Assembly: GCA_022842935.1 (NCBI GenBank)
Contig: JALHOP010000010.1
Coordinates: 4,926 to 68,925, forward strand
Source of the DNA: Myxococcota bacterium
Lineage (GTDB): Bacteria; Myxococcota; XYA12-FULL-58-9; JALHOP01
DNA length: 64,000 bases
Direction: 5' to 3'
Position 1 is the first letter of the stretch, and every line of letters begins with the position of its first letter. Shown here piece by piece: positions 16,845-27,011 of this stretch. The notes beneath the pieces are model-generated. The model did no database searches, was not told where the DNA came from, and saw only the letters and a list, made by a program, of their open reading frames with translations. A program made the position numbers and the translations under genes.

Positions 16845-19462
16845 CAGCCGCCGACCCCCAGAGCCCGAAGCACCTCGAGCGCTAGAGCCTTCCGCATGTC
16901 GCCACTCGGCATCGACGCCATGGTGGGCTGCGCCACGGACTGCGAATTGTCAGTCACGCGGACGAGAGCCTCATCGAGCTCGCCCATCAGGGGTGCTGCT
17001 TCGAGCTGCCGCATCGCGGCGGCGGGCAGTGCGCTCTGCGGTGCCCCCGCAAGCTGGGCCACCCCCACCCCAATGCCCGGCCCAATGCAGCTCGGGCACC
17101 CCGCGCTGCAAGGACACGCTCGAATGAGCGCATGCGCACGCACCAACATCTCGACGCGATCCTCGTGCAGGCGCGGCGCGAGGCCGACACCACCGGCAAC
17201 CGAATCGTACAAGAAGATGGTTGGATGAAACGGCTCACGGTCGACGAGCCAACCGCCATCCGCTGGAGCGGTTGCGCCCTCTCCGGCCTTGTCGGTGACG
17301 GTCCGCCCGAGATCGCGCGGATCAGTCATGAGGCCAACGCAGGCCACGGTGTGCAACGCGTTGGCCAGGCCACGTAGCGCGTCGATGACGAGCGGCCGCG
17401 CGACGCCCAGGCTCGTCACCAGCTCGTTCCCGATGGTGAGCCACATGGCGCTCGTGTGCATCTGCATCTCGGGCAGGTGGACGTCCCCGTAACCCACGTT
17501 TTCGTGTGTGTGGAACTTTATCTTCTTGTAGCCGACGACTTTGGAGACAACGCTGACCTCACCCATGCCGCCGGCGAGCGTCGATGCCAAGTGCTCGCTT
17601 ACGCGCTCCGACGGGACATCATCCTCGAGAACGGCGACGCGCGTGTACGTCATGGCATCGGTGTAGTAATCGGGTGCCACCTTGCGCACGTAAGCCTTGT
17701 GATTTTCGTAGTCGAGGCGCTCCACCTGATACTGCTCGCCCAAGTGCTGATAAATGGCTTGTTCGTGCAGCATGGTGTGCGTGCTCCGCCAATCCATCTC
17801 GGCGATGGTGTGATCGGAGGCGATATCGATGACCGCGAAGTTGTCCCAACTAGCGGTGCGTAGAGACACGTGGTTGGCTGGATAGACGTCGCTTGCCCAG
17901 TGGTAAACGTTGCGCCCCGAAGTGGCCGGCACCGGGTGTACGATGCGCGACTCGGCGAGATAGTCGAGCGCGTCCTTGATGGCGGACGGCGGCACATCGC
18001 CGAAGGCCTCGCCCTCCTCGAACGGCAGCTCGAATGCCGCGCACTTCAAGTGCGCGACGAGGATCTCGATATTGTCGGGATCGATACGCGCATGCTCGAC
18101 CGGCGCGCCGATGAGCGCTTCGGGGTCGGCGGCGAAGAACTGATCGAGCGGCGCACTCGAGGTCACGAGCAGTGCGAGCGAAGCCTCCCCGCGCCGCCCA
18201 CCACGCCCGAAGCGCTGCCACAAACCTGCAACCGAGCCCGGATAGCCGGCGCAGACCACGGCGTCGAGGGCACCGATGTCGATACCCAGCTCCAAGGCGT
18301 TGGTAGCAACCACGCAACGCACCGCTCCCTCGCGCAGACCCGCTTCGATGCGGCGGCGGGTCTCTGGCAAATAGCCGCCGCGATACGCGTGGATGGTCTC
18401 GGGGTCGACACCGTCTTCTCCCAAGCGATCGCGCAGATACTTCAGCATCACCTCGACGGAGTTTCGGCTCTGCCCGAAGACGATGGTCGACACCCCAGCG
18501 CGCACGAGATCAGCGGTCAAGCGCACCGCAGTCTTGATGTAGCTCGCGCGGATCCCGAGCTCGGGGTTCAAAAGCGGCGGGTTGAACACCATGACGTGCT
18601 TCTCACCAGCAGGTGCTCCGCTCTCGTGGACGAGCGAGACCGCGTCGCCGAGGATTCGCTCGGCATGCTCGCGCGGGTTGCCGATGGTCGCCGAGGCAAA
18701 CATCACGGTAGGCGAGCCGCCGTGAAACCGCGCGACGCGCAAAAGCCGTCGCAACACGTTGGCAAGATGTGAACCAAAGACGCCACGGTACGAATGCAGC
18801 TCGTCGATCACGATGAAGCGAAGGTTCGCGAACAACCTCGCCCAGCTCGCATGATGTGGCAGGATGCCAGTGTGCAGCATGTCCGGGTTGGTGACGAGGA
18901 CGCCGCTCTTTTCGCGGGCCGCGCGCCGCGCATCCCCCGGTGTGTCGCCATCGTAGGTGATTGCGCCGTGCGTCAAGGCCGCCGCGTGCATGAGGTCGTG
19001 CAGCGCCACTTCTTGATCGCGGGCAAGCGCCTTCGTAGGGAAGAGGTAGAGCGCGCGCGCTTCGCTATCGCGGGCAAAGGCATCGAGGACCGGCAGGTTG
19101 TAGCAGAGGCTCTTGCCGGAAGCGGTCGGTGTCGCGACCACGACGTGTTCACCGGCACGGGCGCGCTGATACGCCTCGGCTTGGTGCGTGTAGAGTTGCT
19201 TGACCCCGCGTCGCTGCAGGGCGCTGGCAACTTGGGGCGATAGCTCGACGGGGAGCTCGGTGAGACGAGCCGGTCGCTCTGGCACGAGCGTATCGAGCGC
19301 GAAATGCCGATAGAGCCGGCCATCTTCACGCCAGCTGGAGAGAACGTGACCGATGCCGCCCGGCTTTTGCCACGGCGCCGATGGACGCCGGAACTCGAGA
19401 ACGTTCGATGGTGCTAGCAGCTCAGGCGGCTCTGCCATGAGGCGCACTGTACGGATGTGCAC
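16844..19462 (-). CDS. DEAH-box helicase with DUF1998 Zn-binding domain (YprA/MrfA/Hrq1 family)
   Basis: PTASGKS, PTKALA, DELH, SAT, LELGIDIG, QRFGRGGR, C-terminal CPCSAGCPSC. Confidence 0.95.
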   Translation of the reverse strand: MHIRTVRLMAEPPELLAPSNVLEFRRPSAPWQKPGGIGHVLSSWREDGRLYRHFALDTLVPERPARLTELPVELSPQVASALQRRGVKQLYTHQAEAYQRARAGEHVVVATPTASGKSLCYNLPVLDAFARDSEARALYLFPTKALARDQEVALHDLMHAAALTHGAITYDGDTPGDARRAAREKSGVLVTNPDMLHTGILPHHASWARLFANLRFIVIDELHSYRGVFGSHLANVLRRLLRVARFHGGSPTVMFASATIGNPREHAERILGDAVSLVHESGAPAGEKHVMVFNPPLLNPELGIRASYIKTAVRLTADLVRAGVSTIVFGQSRNSVEVMLKYLRDRLGEDGVDPETIHAYRGGYLPETRRRIEAGLREGAVRCVVATNALELGIDIGALDAVVCAGYPGSVAGLWQRFGRGGRRGEASLALLVTSSAPLDQFFAADPEALIGAPVEHARIDPDNIEILVAHLKCAAFELPFEEGEAFGDVPPSAIKDALDYLAESRIVHPVPATSGRNVYHWASDVYPANHVSLRTASWDNFAVIDIASDHTIAEMDWRSTHTMLHEQAIYQHLGEQYQVERLDYENHKAYVRKVAPDYYTDAMTYTRVAVLEDDVPSERVSEHLASTLAGGMGEVSVVSKVVGYKKIKFHTHENVGYGDVHLPEMQMHTSAMWLTIGNELVTSLGVARPLVIDALRGLANALHTVACVGLMTDPRDLGRTVTDKAGEGATAPADGGWLVDREPFHPTIFLYDSVAGGVGLAPRLHEDRVEMLVRAHALIRACPCSAGCPSCIGPGIGVGVAQLAGAPQSALPAAAMRQLEAAPLMGELDEALVRVTDNSQSVAQPTMASMPSGDMRKALALEVLRALGVGG

Positions 19463-19483
19463 CCCTCGAAATCAAGAGCCGAT

Positions 19484-19846
19484 TCACTCGACGCGAATGG
19501 TGAAGGTCATGCCCGGATGAAAGCTGCAGCGGCCAGGGTGATCGCCAGCCGCTGAGGGCGCCGTGATCGCCGCGCTTGCTCCCCCGGCGATGGTGCCGGT
19601 GTCGAACCCAGCCGCTGCTGTCGCAGTTGCCGTATGGGCCGCGCTGTCGTTGTTGGTGAAGGTGACGGACGCACTCGGCGACACGCGGAGACAACGTGGG
19701 GAGAACGTGAAGTTAGTGATCGAGACGCTCGTGGTCGCTGGGCAGGCGTCGTCCTGATCGCCGCCGTTGTGATCATCGTGATTCTCCTCACCACCACCAC
19801 AGCCCATGACAACAACCAGAACGGACATCGCGAGCAACGTGCGCAT
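19484..19846 (-). CDS. Cupredoxin (plastocyanin/azurin-like) lipoprotein
   Basis: Lipobox VMGC; FSP..VTFTN.D..AH; type-1 Cu ligand loop CSFHPGM. Confidence 0.88.
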   Translation of the reverse strand: MRTLLAMSVLVVVMGCGGGEENHDDHNGGDQDDACPATTSVSITNFTFSPRCLRVSPSASVTFTNNDSAAHTATATAAAGFDTGTIAGGASAAITAPSAAGDHPGRCSFHPGMTFTIRVE

Positions 19847-19918
19847 GGCAGACTCTCCTTAGGGAGGAGAGGTACCCCCTCGAGAACGCCAAAGTCAAAA
19901 CGGCCAACGAACATCAGT

Positions 19919-19959
19919 GGTCCCGGGTGGCACCGAAAATTCGATTGCCACCCGGGACC
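19919..19959. terminator. Perfect 14-bp inverted repeat after the RND gene (terminator or stabilising hairpin, no U-tract)
   Basis: GGTCCCGGGTGGCA (19919-19932) pairs with TGCCACCCGGGACC (19946-19959), about 50 nt past the RND stop. Confidence 0.6.
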
Positions 19960-20008
19960 TGCACCGTAGCGCACTCGCCCATAGCGCGCTCCGGAGCATC
20001 TTTGTCGA

Positions 20009-23000
20009 TCAAGCGACGATCTGCTGCGGCGGACGTTCCTCGCGACCGGCTGCTGGGCGAAGGGACTCGACCACCTCCGCGGCTGGCGCCATCTCGTCAT
20101 CATCGACGTCAGCGTTCGACTTGAAGCGCCCGAGCTGCCGAGCGAACCACTGCGACGCGTCGTCGAACAGCGAATACGCGACGGGCGTCGCAAGCAGGGT
20201 CAACAAGAGCGACATCAGCTGTCCGCCTACGACGACACCCGCTGTCGCTCGGTTGTTGCCGGCGCCGGCGCCCTCGGAGACGATGAGCGGCACCATACCC
20301 GCAACGAACGCGAACGTGGTCATCAGGATGGGGCGCAGCCGGTCTTTGTTGGCAACGATGATGGCCGTCGCCCGGTCCATACCCTCGCCACGCAAGTGGT
20401 TGGTGTGATCGATCTGCAAGATCGAGTTCTTCTTCACGACACCGAAGAGCACGAGGAGCCCCAGCATCGAATAGATGTCGAGCTGCTGCTTGAAGATGAC
20501 GAGCGACAAGAGCGCAAAGGGCAAGGTGAGCGGCAAGCACAACAAGATGGTGACGGGGTGTAGCCACGACTCAAACTGCGCCGCGAGAACCAGGTACATG
20601 AACACGAGCGACAGCAAGAACGCCGCGAGGAAGAGCTTGCCAGCCTTGGCCATCTCCTTCGAGCGACCCGACGGTCCCGAACGGTACTCGGCCGGCAGCT
20701 TGAGGGAATCGATGACGGTCTTCACGCCCGCCATGATGTCGCCTTCCGAGTAGCCGGCGCCGGGGTTAGCGCGGAAGGTGATCTGCCGCACGCGGTTCAG
20801 ACGATTGATGAGCGACGGTCCACTGCCACTCTCCATGTGAACGACGTCGAGGAGCGGGACGGCAGAAACTTTGGACGACGGTACCGTCATGAGAGCCAAT
20901 CCCTCGAGGTCAGCGCGGTACTTGCGCTCGGCGCGCAGGTGCACCTCGTATTGTTCGCTCTTCTCCTCGTAGGTGGAGACCTCGAGACCGCCGACGAGGA
21001 GCCGCATCGCCGTCGCGATGTCCGACACCGCGACACCGAGTGACGCCGCTTTTTCGCGATCGATCTCGACCGCCATCTCGGGCTTACCCGAGATGAACGA
21101 GGAGGTTACGTCGACAGCACCGGGTACCTCTTTTTTGATGCGTTCGATGACGGTGTCGTTGATCTCGGCGAGGCGCTCGAGCGAAGGCCCGCTCACATCG
21201 TACTGGACGAGCGCGGAGCTCCCACCCGCCATAGCGAACGCAGGGACGTCCGACACATCGATCTGAAGTTCTTTGGGCTGTTTGGCGATGATGGTCTTGC
21301 GCACGAAGTTCATGACATCGTGCTGCGACAAGTCGCGCTCGCTCGAGTCGATCATGCGTACGTAGATGCGCGCCTTGTTCGGCGTGCGCTCGTTGTTGTC
21401 GCCGATGGTCATGAGCGTCGCTTTGACCGTCTCGACGTTGCGAACCTCACGCGCGATGCGTTCCGCGACGAGGCCGGTGGCCTCGAGCGACGTACCCTCT
21501 GGAGCTCGCACGTTGATCTCGAAATGCGACTCGTCGTTGGTCGGCAAGAAGCCCTTCTTGACCGTCTTCATCAACGGACCGACCGAAGCCAAGGCAGCGA
21601 CGGCGGCGAGGACGATGACCCACCTGTGCGCCATCGACCAACGCAGAATACTCACGTAGCCGCGCTCGATGGGGAGGTAGAAGGAATCGACCAAACGCTC
21701 GAGGATGGGCTTTTGAACTGCACGCCCGCCCTGCGAAGCGATAGGTCGGTGCTTCTTGAGCCAGCGCGAGGCCATCATCGGCGTGAGCGTGAACGACACG
21801 AGCAACGACACGCCGATGGCGAACGCCATGGTGAGGCCGAAGCTGTTCAAAAAGCGGCCGACGATGCCGCTCATGTAAGCGACCGGCAAGAACACCGCGA
21901 TGAGCGACACGGTGGTGGCGAGCACGGCCAGACCGATCTCTTTGGTCGCGTGGACCGCCGCCTCGCGCGGCCTCATCTTCTTCTCGTCGATGAAGCGGAA
22001 GATGTTCTCGAGGACGACGATGGCGTCGTCGATGACGATGCCGACCGCCAGGGCAAGCGCGAGGAGTGTGATGGTGTTGAGGGTGAAGTTCTGTTGCCAC
22101 ATGAGCGCGAACGTGCCGATGATCGACACCGGGATCGCGATGGCCGCGATAACGGTCGAGCGCAGATTCCCCAAAAACAAAAGAACCACCAGCGCCGCAA
22201 AGATCGCCCCGAGCACCAGATGTTCCTCGACGGCGTGAACACTGGTGCGAATAGTCTCACTGTTATCGCGGACAACCTCGAGAGTGTAACCGGCCGGCAA
22301 GATCGGCTTGATCTGCGCCATGCGTTCGAGGACCGCATCGACGACGGCCACGGTGTTGCCGCCCGATTGTTTGCGTACCGACAACACGACAGCCGGAGTG
22401 CCATCTTTGACCGCGATGGTCTCGGCTTCTTCGGCGCCATCGTCGACACGTGCCACGTCACGGATGCGAACCGGGTAACCCTTCACGTGTCGGATGACCA
22501 GGCCGCCAATATCCTCGGGGCGCTCGACGCGACCCTTGATGCGCAGCGTGACCTCGTCGGACCCGACATCGATGGCGCCGCCCGGCATGGTGAGGTTCTG
22601 GCTCTGCACGGCGCGTTGCACGTCAGCGGCAGTCAACGCATGAGCACGCAATTGCGCCGGGTCGAGCCAGATATTCACCTGCCGTTCGCGGCCACCTACG
22701 ATGGAAACCTGTCCGACGCCGGAAATATTCTCGAGTTTACGCTTGATGTTCTTGTCAGCGACCTCGGTGATCTCGCGCAGCGGCCGCTCGGCATTGACCG
22801 CGATATAGAGAATGGGCGTCGCGTCGGGGTCGGCCTTGGTGACGACCGGGACGTCGATGTCTTTGGGGAGATCGGGAATGACCCCCTGAACCTTCTCGCG
22901 GACCTCTTGCGCCGCGACGTCGATGTCCTTCTCGAGGACGAACTGCACGATCACCTGCGAAACACCGTCACTCGAAATCGAGCGCAGGTCGTCGATGCCC

Positions 23001-23227
23001 GCGATCGTGTTGACGGCTTCTTCGATCTTGTCGGTGATCTCCGTTTCGATCTCTTGCGGGGAAGCCCCCGTCTGCCGGGTCAACACGACGACCATCGGAA
23101 AGTCGACGTCAGGGAAGCGGTCGACACCGAGCTGCGACGCCCCAGTGATACCAACGACGACGATGGTAAGCATGAGGACTGTCGCGAAGATGGGGCGTTT
23201 GATGCTGATATTGGATAGCCACTGCAT
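20009..23227 (-). CDS. RND efflux transporter permease (AcrB/HAE1 family)
   Basis: 1072 aa; [22 protein letters not shown] and GVVKKNSIL proton-relay motifs, RLRPILMT. Confidence 0.97.
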   Translation of the reverse strand: MQWLSNISIKRPIFATVLMLTIVVVGITGASQLGVDRFPDVDFPMVVVLTRQTGASPQEIETEITDKIEEAVNTIAGIDDLRSISSDGVSQVIVQFVLEKDIDVAAQEVREKVQGVIPDLPKDIDVPVVTKADPDATPILYIAVNAERPLREITEVADKNIKRKLENISGVGQVSIVGGRERQVNIWLDPAQLRAHALTAADVQRAVQSQNLTMPGGAIDVGSDEVTLRIKGRVERPEDIGGLVIRHVKGYPVRIRDVARVDDGAEEAETIAVKDGTPAVVLSVRKQSGGNTVAVVDAVLERMAQIKPILPAGYTLEVVRDNSETIRTSVHAVEEHLVLGAIFAALVVLLFLGNLRSTVIAAIAIPVSIIGTFALMWQQNFTLNTITLLALALAVGIVIDDAIVVLENIFRFIDEKKMRPREAAVHATKEIGLAVLATTVSLIAVFLPVAYMSGIVGRFLNSFGLTMAFAIGVSLLVSFTLTPMMASRWLKKHRPIASQGGRAVQKPILERLVDSFYLPIERGYVSILRWSMAHRWVIVLAAVAALASVGPLMKTVKKGFLPTNDESHFEINVRAPEGTSLEATGLVAERIAREVRNVETVKATLMTIGDNNERTPNKARIYVRMIDSSERDLSQHDVMNFVRKTIIAKQPKELQIDVSDVPAFAMAGGSSALVQYDVSGPSLERLAEINDTVIERIKKEVPGAVDVTSSFISGKPEMAVEIDREKAASLGVAVSDIATAMRLLVGGLEVSTYEEKSEQYEVHLRAERKYRADLEGLALMTVPSSKVSAVPLLDVVHMESGSGPSLINRLNRVRQITFRANPGAGYSEGDIMAGVKTVIDSLKLPAEYRSGPSGRSKEMAKAGKLFLAAFLLSLVFMYLVLAAQFESWLHPVTILLCLPLTLPFALLSLVIFKQQLDIYSMLGLLVLFGVVKKNSILQIDHTNHLRGEGMDRATAIIVANKDRLRPILMTTFAFVAGMVPLIVSEGAGAGNNRATAGVVVGGQLMSLLLTLLATPVAYSLFDDASQWFARQLGRFKSNADVDDDEMAPAAEVVESLRPAAGREERPPQQIVA

Positions 23228-23266
23228 GCGCTCGGTCCTTCGATTGGGGGGGCGTAAGACTACGCT

Positions 23267-24478
23267 TTAGCGTCCTTCGGCGAGCTCGGCGCTTGGCGGC
23301 TGCGGCGCCGACGCCTGTTTGGTGACGGTAACCTGCACCCCGTCACGAAGATCGTCGGTCACGCTTGCAACGACCCGCTCACCAGCCTCGACGCCTTTGG
23401 CAACCGCGACCAAGCCCCCCGCGAGCTCGGGTCCGAGCTGCACGAGGCGCTCCTCGATCTGCTGATGCTTACCATCGTCTCGGATCACGAAGATGCGATA
23501 GGTCTCTCCGTCATCGCGGATGGCGGCTCGCGGCACGACGGGAGTAGGCACTTCTCCGAGAGTTACCTTGGCGATCGCGAAGTTGCCTGGACGCAAAACA
23601 CGGTCGCGATTGTCGATCACTGCTTCGACCACCAAGTCGCGCGTCTCGGCACGCAACGATGGACCAACGTATTTGATGGTACCGGCGAAGGTCTGCTTGT
23701 CGAAGCCGGCCACGTCGAAGCGCACGGCCTGACCGACCTGGACGTAGCGGGCGTCGGCCTCTGGTACGTTGAGCTCGAGACGAAGCGGATCGAGCTCAAC
23801 GAGCGACACGACCTTTGTATCGCGACCCACATATTCACCATCGTCGACGTAGCGCTGAGCCACCATGCCGGCGAAGGGCGCTCGCACCGTCGCATCACCC
23901 AGCTGCTGCCCGGCAAGCCGAGCCCGCGCTATGGCGGCCTCTGCTTGCTTCGCCTGGGCGTTGCAGGTTGCCGTGAGCCGGTCGAACTCGGCGTTACTGA
24001 TGGCGTTGGTCGCAAAGAGCTTGCTGGCGCGTTCGCAATCACTGCGCGCCAGCTGCAATGACGCCTCGGAGGCCGCGGCAGTCGCGCCGGCCTCCTGGGC
24101 GTTCAATGAAGCCGTGCGCGGATCGAGACGCACCAGCGCTTGACCCTTCGCGACTTGTTGACCCCGCTCGACCAGCGTCTCCACCACCTTGCCGGCCCAG
24201 TCGGCGGCGACCTCTGAGCTTCGGTTGCCATTCAGGGTGCCCGTGAGTGTGAGGTAGCGCGGGGTGGGCGCGGCCACGGCCTCGACCATCGTCACGGCCC
24301 GCGCCTGCGTGGTCGCCTCCTTGACGGCTGGCTCTCGGTGACCTTCGCCACAACCATAGAGCGTGAAGGCGGTCACAGCGGAGGCTGCGATGATGACAGC
24401 CAAATCTCGAAGCTGGCGGTGACGTCCGACCTTCGGCGCGGGGATGTAGGCGTTGAGGGTCGCGAGCGGGAACATCAT
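23267..24478 (-). CDS. RND periplasmic adaptor (membrane fusion protein)
   Basis: AAGGAG RBS then ATG 24478; GKVVETLVERGQQVAKGQ.L..LD lipoyl half, APFAG, LRPG. Confidence 0.93.
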   Translation of the reverse strand: MMFPLATLNAYIPAPKVGRHRQLRDLAVIIAASAVTAFTLYGCGEGHREPAVKEATTQARAVTMVEAVAAPTPRYLTLTGTLNGNRSSEVAADWAGKVVETLVERGQQVAKGQALVRLDPRTASLNAQEAGATAAASEASLQLARSDCERASKLFATNAISNAEFDRLTATCNAQAKQAEAAIARARLAGQQLGDATVRAPFAGMVAQRYVDDGEYVGRDTKVVSLVELDPLRLELNVPEADARYVQVGQAVRFDVAGFDKQTFAGTIKYVGPSLRAETRDLVVEAVIDNRDRVLRPGNFAIAKVTLGEVPTPVVPRAAIRDDGETYRIFVIRDDGKHQQIEERLVQLGPELAGGLVAVAKGVEAGERVVASVTDDLRDGVQVTVTKQASAPQPPSAELAEGR

Positions 24479-24509
24479 CGAATCTCCTTGCGGGTCGGAG
24501 GACGCGGTT

Positions 24510-24525
24510 TGCACAGCGCGTACCA
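24510..24525 (-). promoter_or_regulatory. Sigma54 (-24/-12) promoter for MFP-RND
   Basis: Minus strand reads TGGTACGCGCTGTGCA, a correct GG-N10-GC, about 30 nt upstream of the MFP start. Confidence 0.7.
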
Positions 24526-24582
24526 AAGCGCCATTCGTCTTAGGGACGCCGGCAACGCCAGAGAAACCGCTTTTCGTGGGGT

Positions 24583-24659
24583 GGACATTGACAGCCGCAG
24601 TGTCCGGACAGTTGTCCAGCGGACACCCCCGTGTCCGGGGGCGGCACCCCGATGTGTCC
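24583..24659. promoter_or_regulatory. Array of TGTCC/GGACA half-sites, putative enhancer (UAS) for the adjacent sigma54 activator
   Basis: GGACA 24583, TGTCC 24601, GGACA 24606, TGTCC 24613, GGACA 24621, TGTCC 24632, TGTCC 24655; includes the palindromes TGTCCGGACA and TGTCCAGCGGACA. Confidence 0.6.
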
Positions 24660-24782
24660 GGTTTGCCCGTCGTCCTTGATCCCCGCCGCGTTGCCCGCTA
24701 CAGCGCCCAGCGTGGGCGAGACGGCGTTTGGCTCCACGTTATCAAGCGGTCTGACCGAGGTCGGCGCGGCGTGTTTCCACGC

Positions 24783-24798
24783 TGGCACGAACCTTGGA
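24783..24798 (+). promoter_or_regulatory. Probable sigma54 promoter for the tolC-ABC operon
   Basis: TGGCACGAACCTTGGA: perfect -24 box, -12 reads TTGG instead of TTGC; AGGAG RBS follows. Confidence 0.55.
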
Positions 24799-24832
24799 GG
24801 GGCTGCAGCCGTCACCCTAGGAGAGTTGCCCG

Positions 24833-26293
24833 ATGCGTCCCCGTTCGCTCGCCCTCATTGCAGTCGCGCTAACCTGCACAACCCCCGCGCTCGCAGAGCC
24901 CCTGCAACTGTTCGCCGTCCAGACAGCGGCCCCGGGTGGCAACGGTCACGCCATTGCCAATCCCAACGCAGAAGCTTTCAACAGCAAGGTCGAAGCGTTG
25001 TTCACGCCAGGCACCGGCCTCACCGCTGAAGAAGCCGCGGCAAAGGCCACGCAGACCAGTTTCGACGTTCAGGCACAGCGCGAAGACATGCTCTCGGCAG
25101 AAGCGCTGCGCCAGCAGGCCAAGTACGGATTCATTCCGATGTTGACCGCTACGGCGAACTACACACGCACGCGGAGCATCACCAATCGCTTGGTCCAGAC
25201 CGACCCGACCACCGGCGCCGAGCAAGCCATCATTCTGCCCTTCTTTCCGAACCAGTACAGCCTCGGCGCGAATCTCTCGATCCCGCTTTCGGACTATTTC
25301 CTGCGCCTGCCGCAGAGCCTGGCCTCCGCCAACCGCAGTCTCGATGCCGCCACTCTAAACGCGCGCCACACCGAGCTTACGACCGCAACGCAAGCCAAAG
25401 TCGCTTACTATGAATGGGCCCGCGCAAAGTTACAGCTGGTCGTTCAAGAGCAGGCCCTCGAGCAGGCCAGGGCGCAAGCCAAAGACGGACGAGCCCAGTT
25501 CGAGGCCGGCGCGTCGACGAACGCCGATGTGCTGCGCCTCGAGTCGAGCGTAGCGACGACAGAGCTCGCCGTCGAGCGCGCAAGGAACGCCGCTCAGCTC
25601 GCCGAGGAGCGACTACGCACCCAGATGCACGACGCGAGCCAGGGCCAGTACCAAATTGGTGAAGACGTTCGCGCTGAGATCACGCAGCTCGACAATGTCG
25701 GTGACATCGCAAGTCTCTGGAAAGAAGCCGAAGAGAAGCGACTCGATCTCAAGGCGGCGTCGCTCCAGGTGGAAGCACAACGCGAGCGCGCCAGCGCGAA
25801 CCGCGCTGCCTACTATCCGCGTCTCACCGCCCAGGGCAGCTACTCGTACCTGAGCCCACTGCAACAGCGCTTTCCGCAGACCGACGACTTCGACCACTGG
25901 TGGACGTTGGGAGCCACGCTATCGTGGACACCGACGGACATCTTCGGCGCGCGCCAAGGTACAGAGAGCATCGAGCACCAAGCATCCAGGACAGAAGCTC
26001 TGCGAAACCTTTCGCGCGACAACATCCACGTGGCGGTGCTCAACGCTTATCAGGACTTGAACGTGGCAGCCGTTGCGATCGACACGACCACGCGTTCACT
26101 TGCCTCCGCCGAGGAGTCTTACCGTGTGCGCCGCGCTCTCTTTCAGAACGGTCGCGCGACCACCGTCGAGGTCACCGATTCGGAAACGACCCTCACGCGG
26201 GCCCGCAGCGAAGCGATGAACGCGCGCATCGACCTACGCATCGCCCGCGCTCGCCTCATCAACGCCATCGGCCGCGACACCGAGCGCCAGTAG
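24833..26293 (+). CDS. TolC-family outer membrane efflux protein
   Basis: Signal peptide; two OEP repeats (AYYEW..., FEAGAST..DV; AYYPRL; FQNGRAT..EV). Confidence 0.92.
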   Translation: MRPRSLALIAVALTCTTPALAEPLQLFAVQTAAPGGNGHAIANPNAEAFNSKVEALFTPGTGLTAEEAAAKATQTSFDVQAQREDMLSAEALRQQAKYGFIPMLTATANYTRTRSITNRLVQTDPTTGAEQAIILPFFPNQYSLGANLSIPLSDYFLRLPQSLASANRSLDAATLNARHTELTTATQAKVAYYEWARAKLQLVVQEQALEQARAQAKDGRAQFEAGASTNADVLRLESSVATTELAVERARNAAQLAEERLRTQMHDASQGQYQIGEDVRAEITQLDNVGDIASLWKEAEEKRLDLKAASLQVEAQRERASANRAAYYPRLTAQGSYSYLSPLQQRFPQTDDFDHWWTLGATLSWTPTDIFGARQGTESIEHQASRTEALRNLSRDNIHVAVLNAYQDLNVAAVAIDTTTRSLASAEESYRVRRALFQNGRATTVEVTDSETTLTRARSEAMNARIDLRIARARLINAIGRDTERQ

Positions 26294-26312
26294 AACCATG
26301 TAGAGCCAAACC

Positions 26313-27011
26313 ATGATCAAGATGCAGGGGGTCAGGAAAGTCTACCGAAGCCACCTGCTGGCCATGGAGGCTCTGCGCGACTTCCACCTCACCATCGAGG
26401 ACGGCGAGTTTGTCGCCATCATGGGCCCGTCGGGCTCGGGCAAGACGACGTTCCTGAACGTCGCCGGCTTGCTCGACACCTTCGACGAGGGCACCTACGA
26501 GCTGGCTGGCGTCGACGTCATGGGCTTGAAGGACGCGGAGATGGCAAAGCTCCGCAATGAGAAGATCGGCTTCATCTTTCAGAGCTTCAACCTCATCCCC
26601 GATCTCGATGTGTTCGACAACATCGATGTTCCGCTCCGCTATCGCGGCATGAACGCCCGCGAGCGCACCGAGCGCATCGAGCTCGCGCTTACACGGGTCG
26701 GCCTCATCGCCCGACGTCACAACCGTCCTTCGCAGCTCTCGGGTGGGCAGCAGCAACGCGTGGGCATCGCTCGCGCCTTGGCTGGCTCGCCGCAGCTCAT
26801 TCTCGCCGACGAGCCCACGGGTAACCTCGACTCGCTCATGGCCCGTCAGATCATGGAGCTACTGCAAGAGATCAACTCACAGGGCACCACGATCGTCATG
26901 GTCACGCACGCCACGGAGCTCGCGGCTCGCGCCCATCGCAAGCTGCACATCCTCGACGGCAGGGTCATCGACCCGTGGGCCAAGAAGCGGAGCAGCGAGG
27001 TTGTACCGTGA
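26313..27011 (+). CDS. ABC transporter ATP-binding protein (MacB/LolD type)
   Basis: [39 protein letters not shown]. Confidence 0.97.
   Translation: MIKMQGVRKVYRSHLLAMEALRDFHLTIEDGEFVAIMGPSGSGKTTFLNVAGLLDTFDEGTYELAGVDVMGLKDAEMAKLRNEKIGFIFQSFNLIPDLDVFDNIDVPLRYRGMNARERTERIELALTRVGLIARRHNRPSQLSGGQQQRVGIARALAGSPQLILADEPTGNLDSLMARQIMELLQEINSQGTTIVMVTHATELAARAHRKLHILDGRVIDPWAKKRSSEVVP

Noticed and set aside
15489-19462. DUF1998 helicase as part of a DISARM/Druantia defence system
   Set aside because: Its partner is a YprB-type exonuclease, no adjacent methylase, PLD or SNF2 gene is present, and the dam gene is over 40 kb away.
21320-23218. 632-aa plus-strand ORF
   Set aside because: Antisense shadow of the RND gene, typical of high-GC DNA; no motifs.
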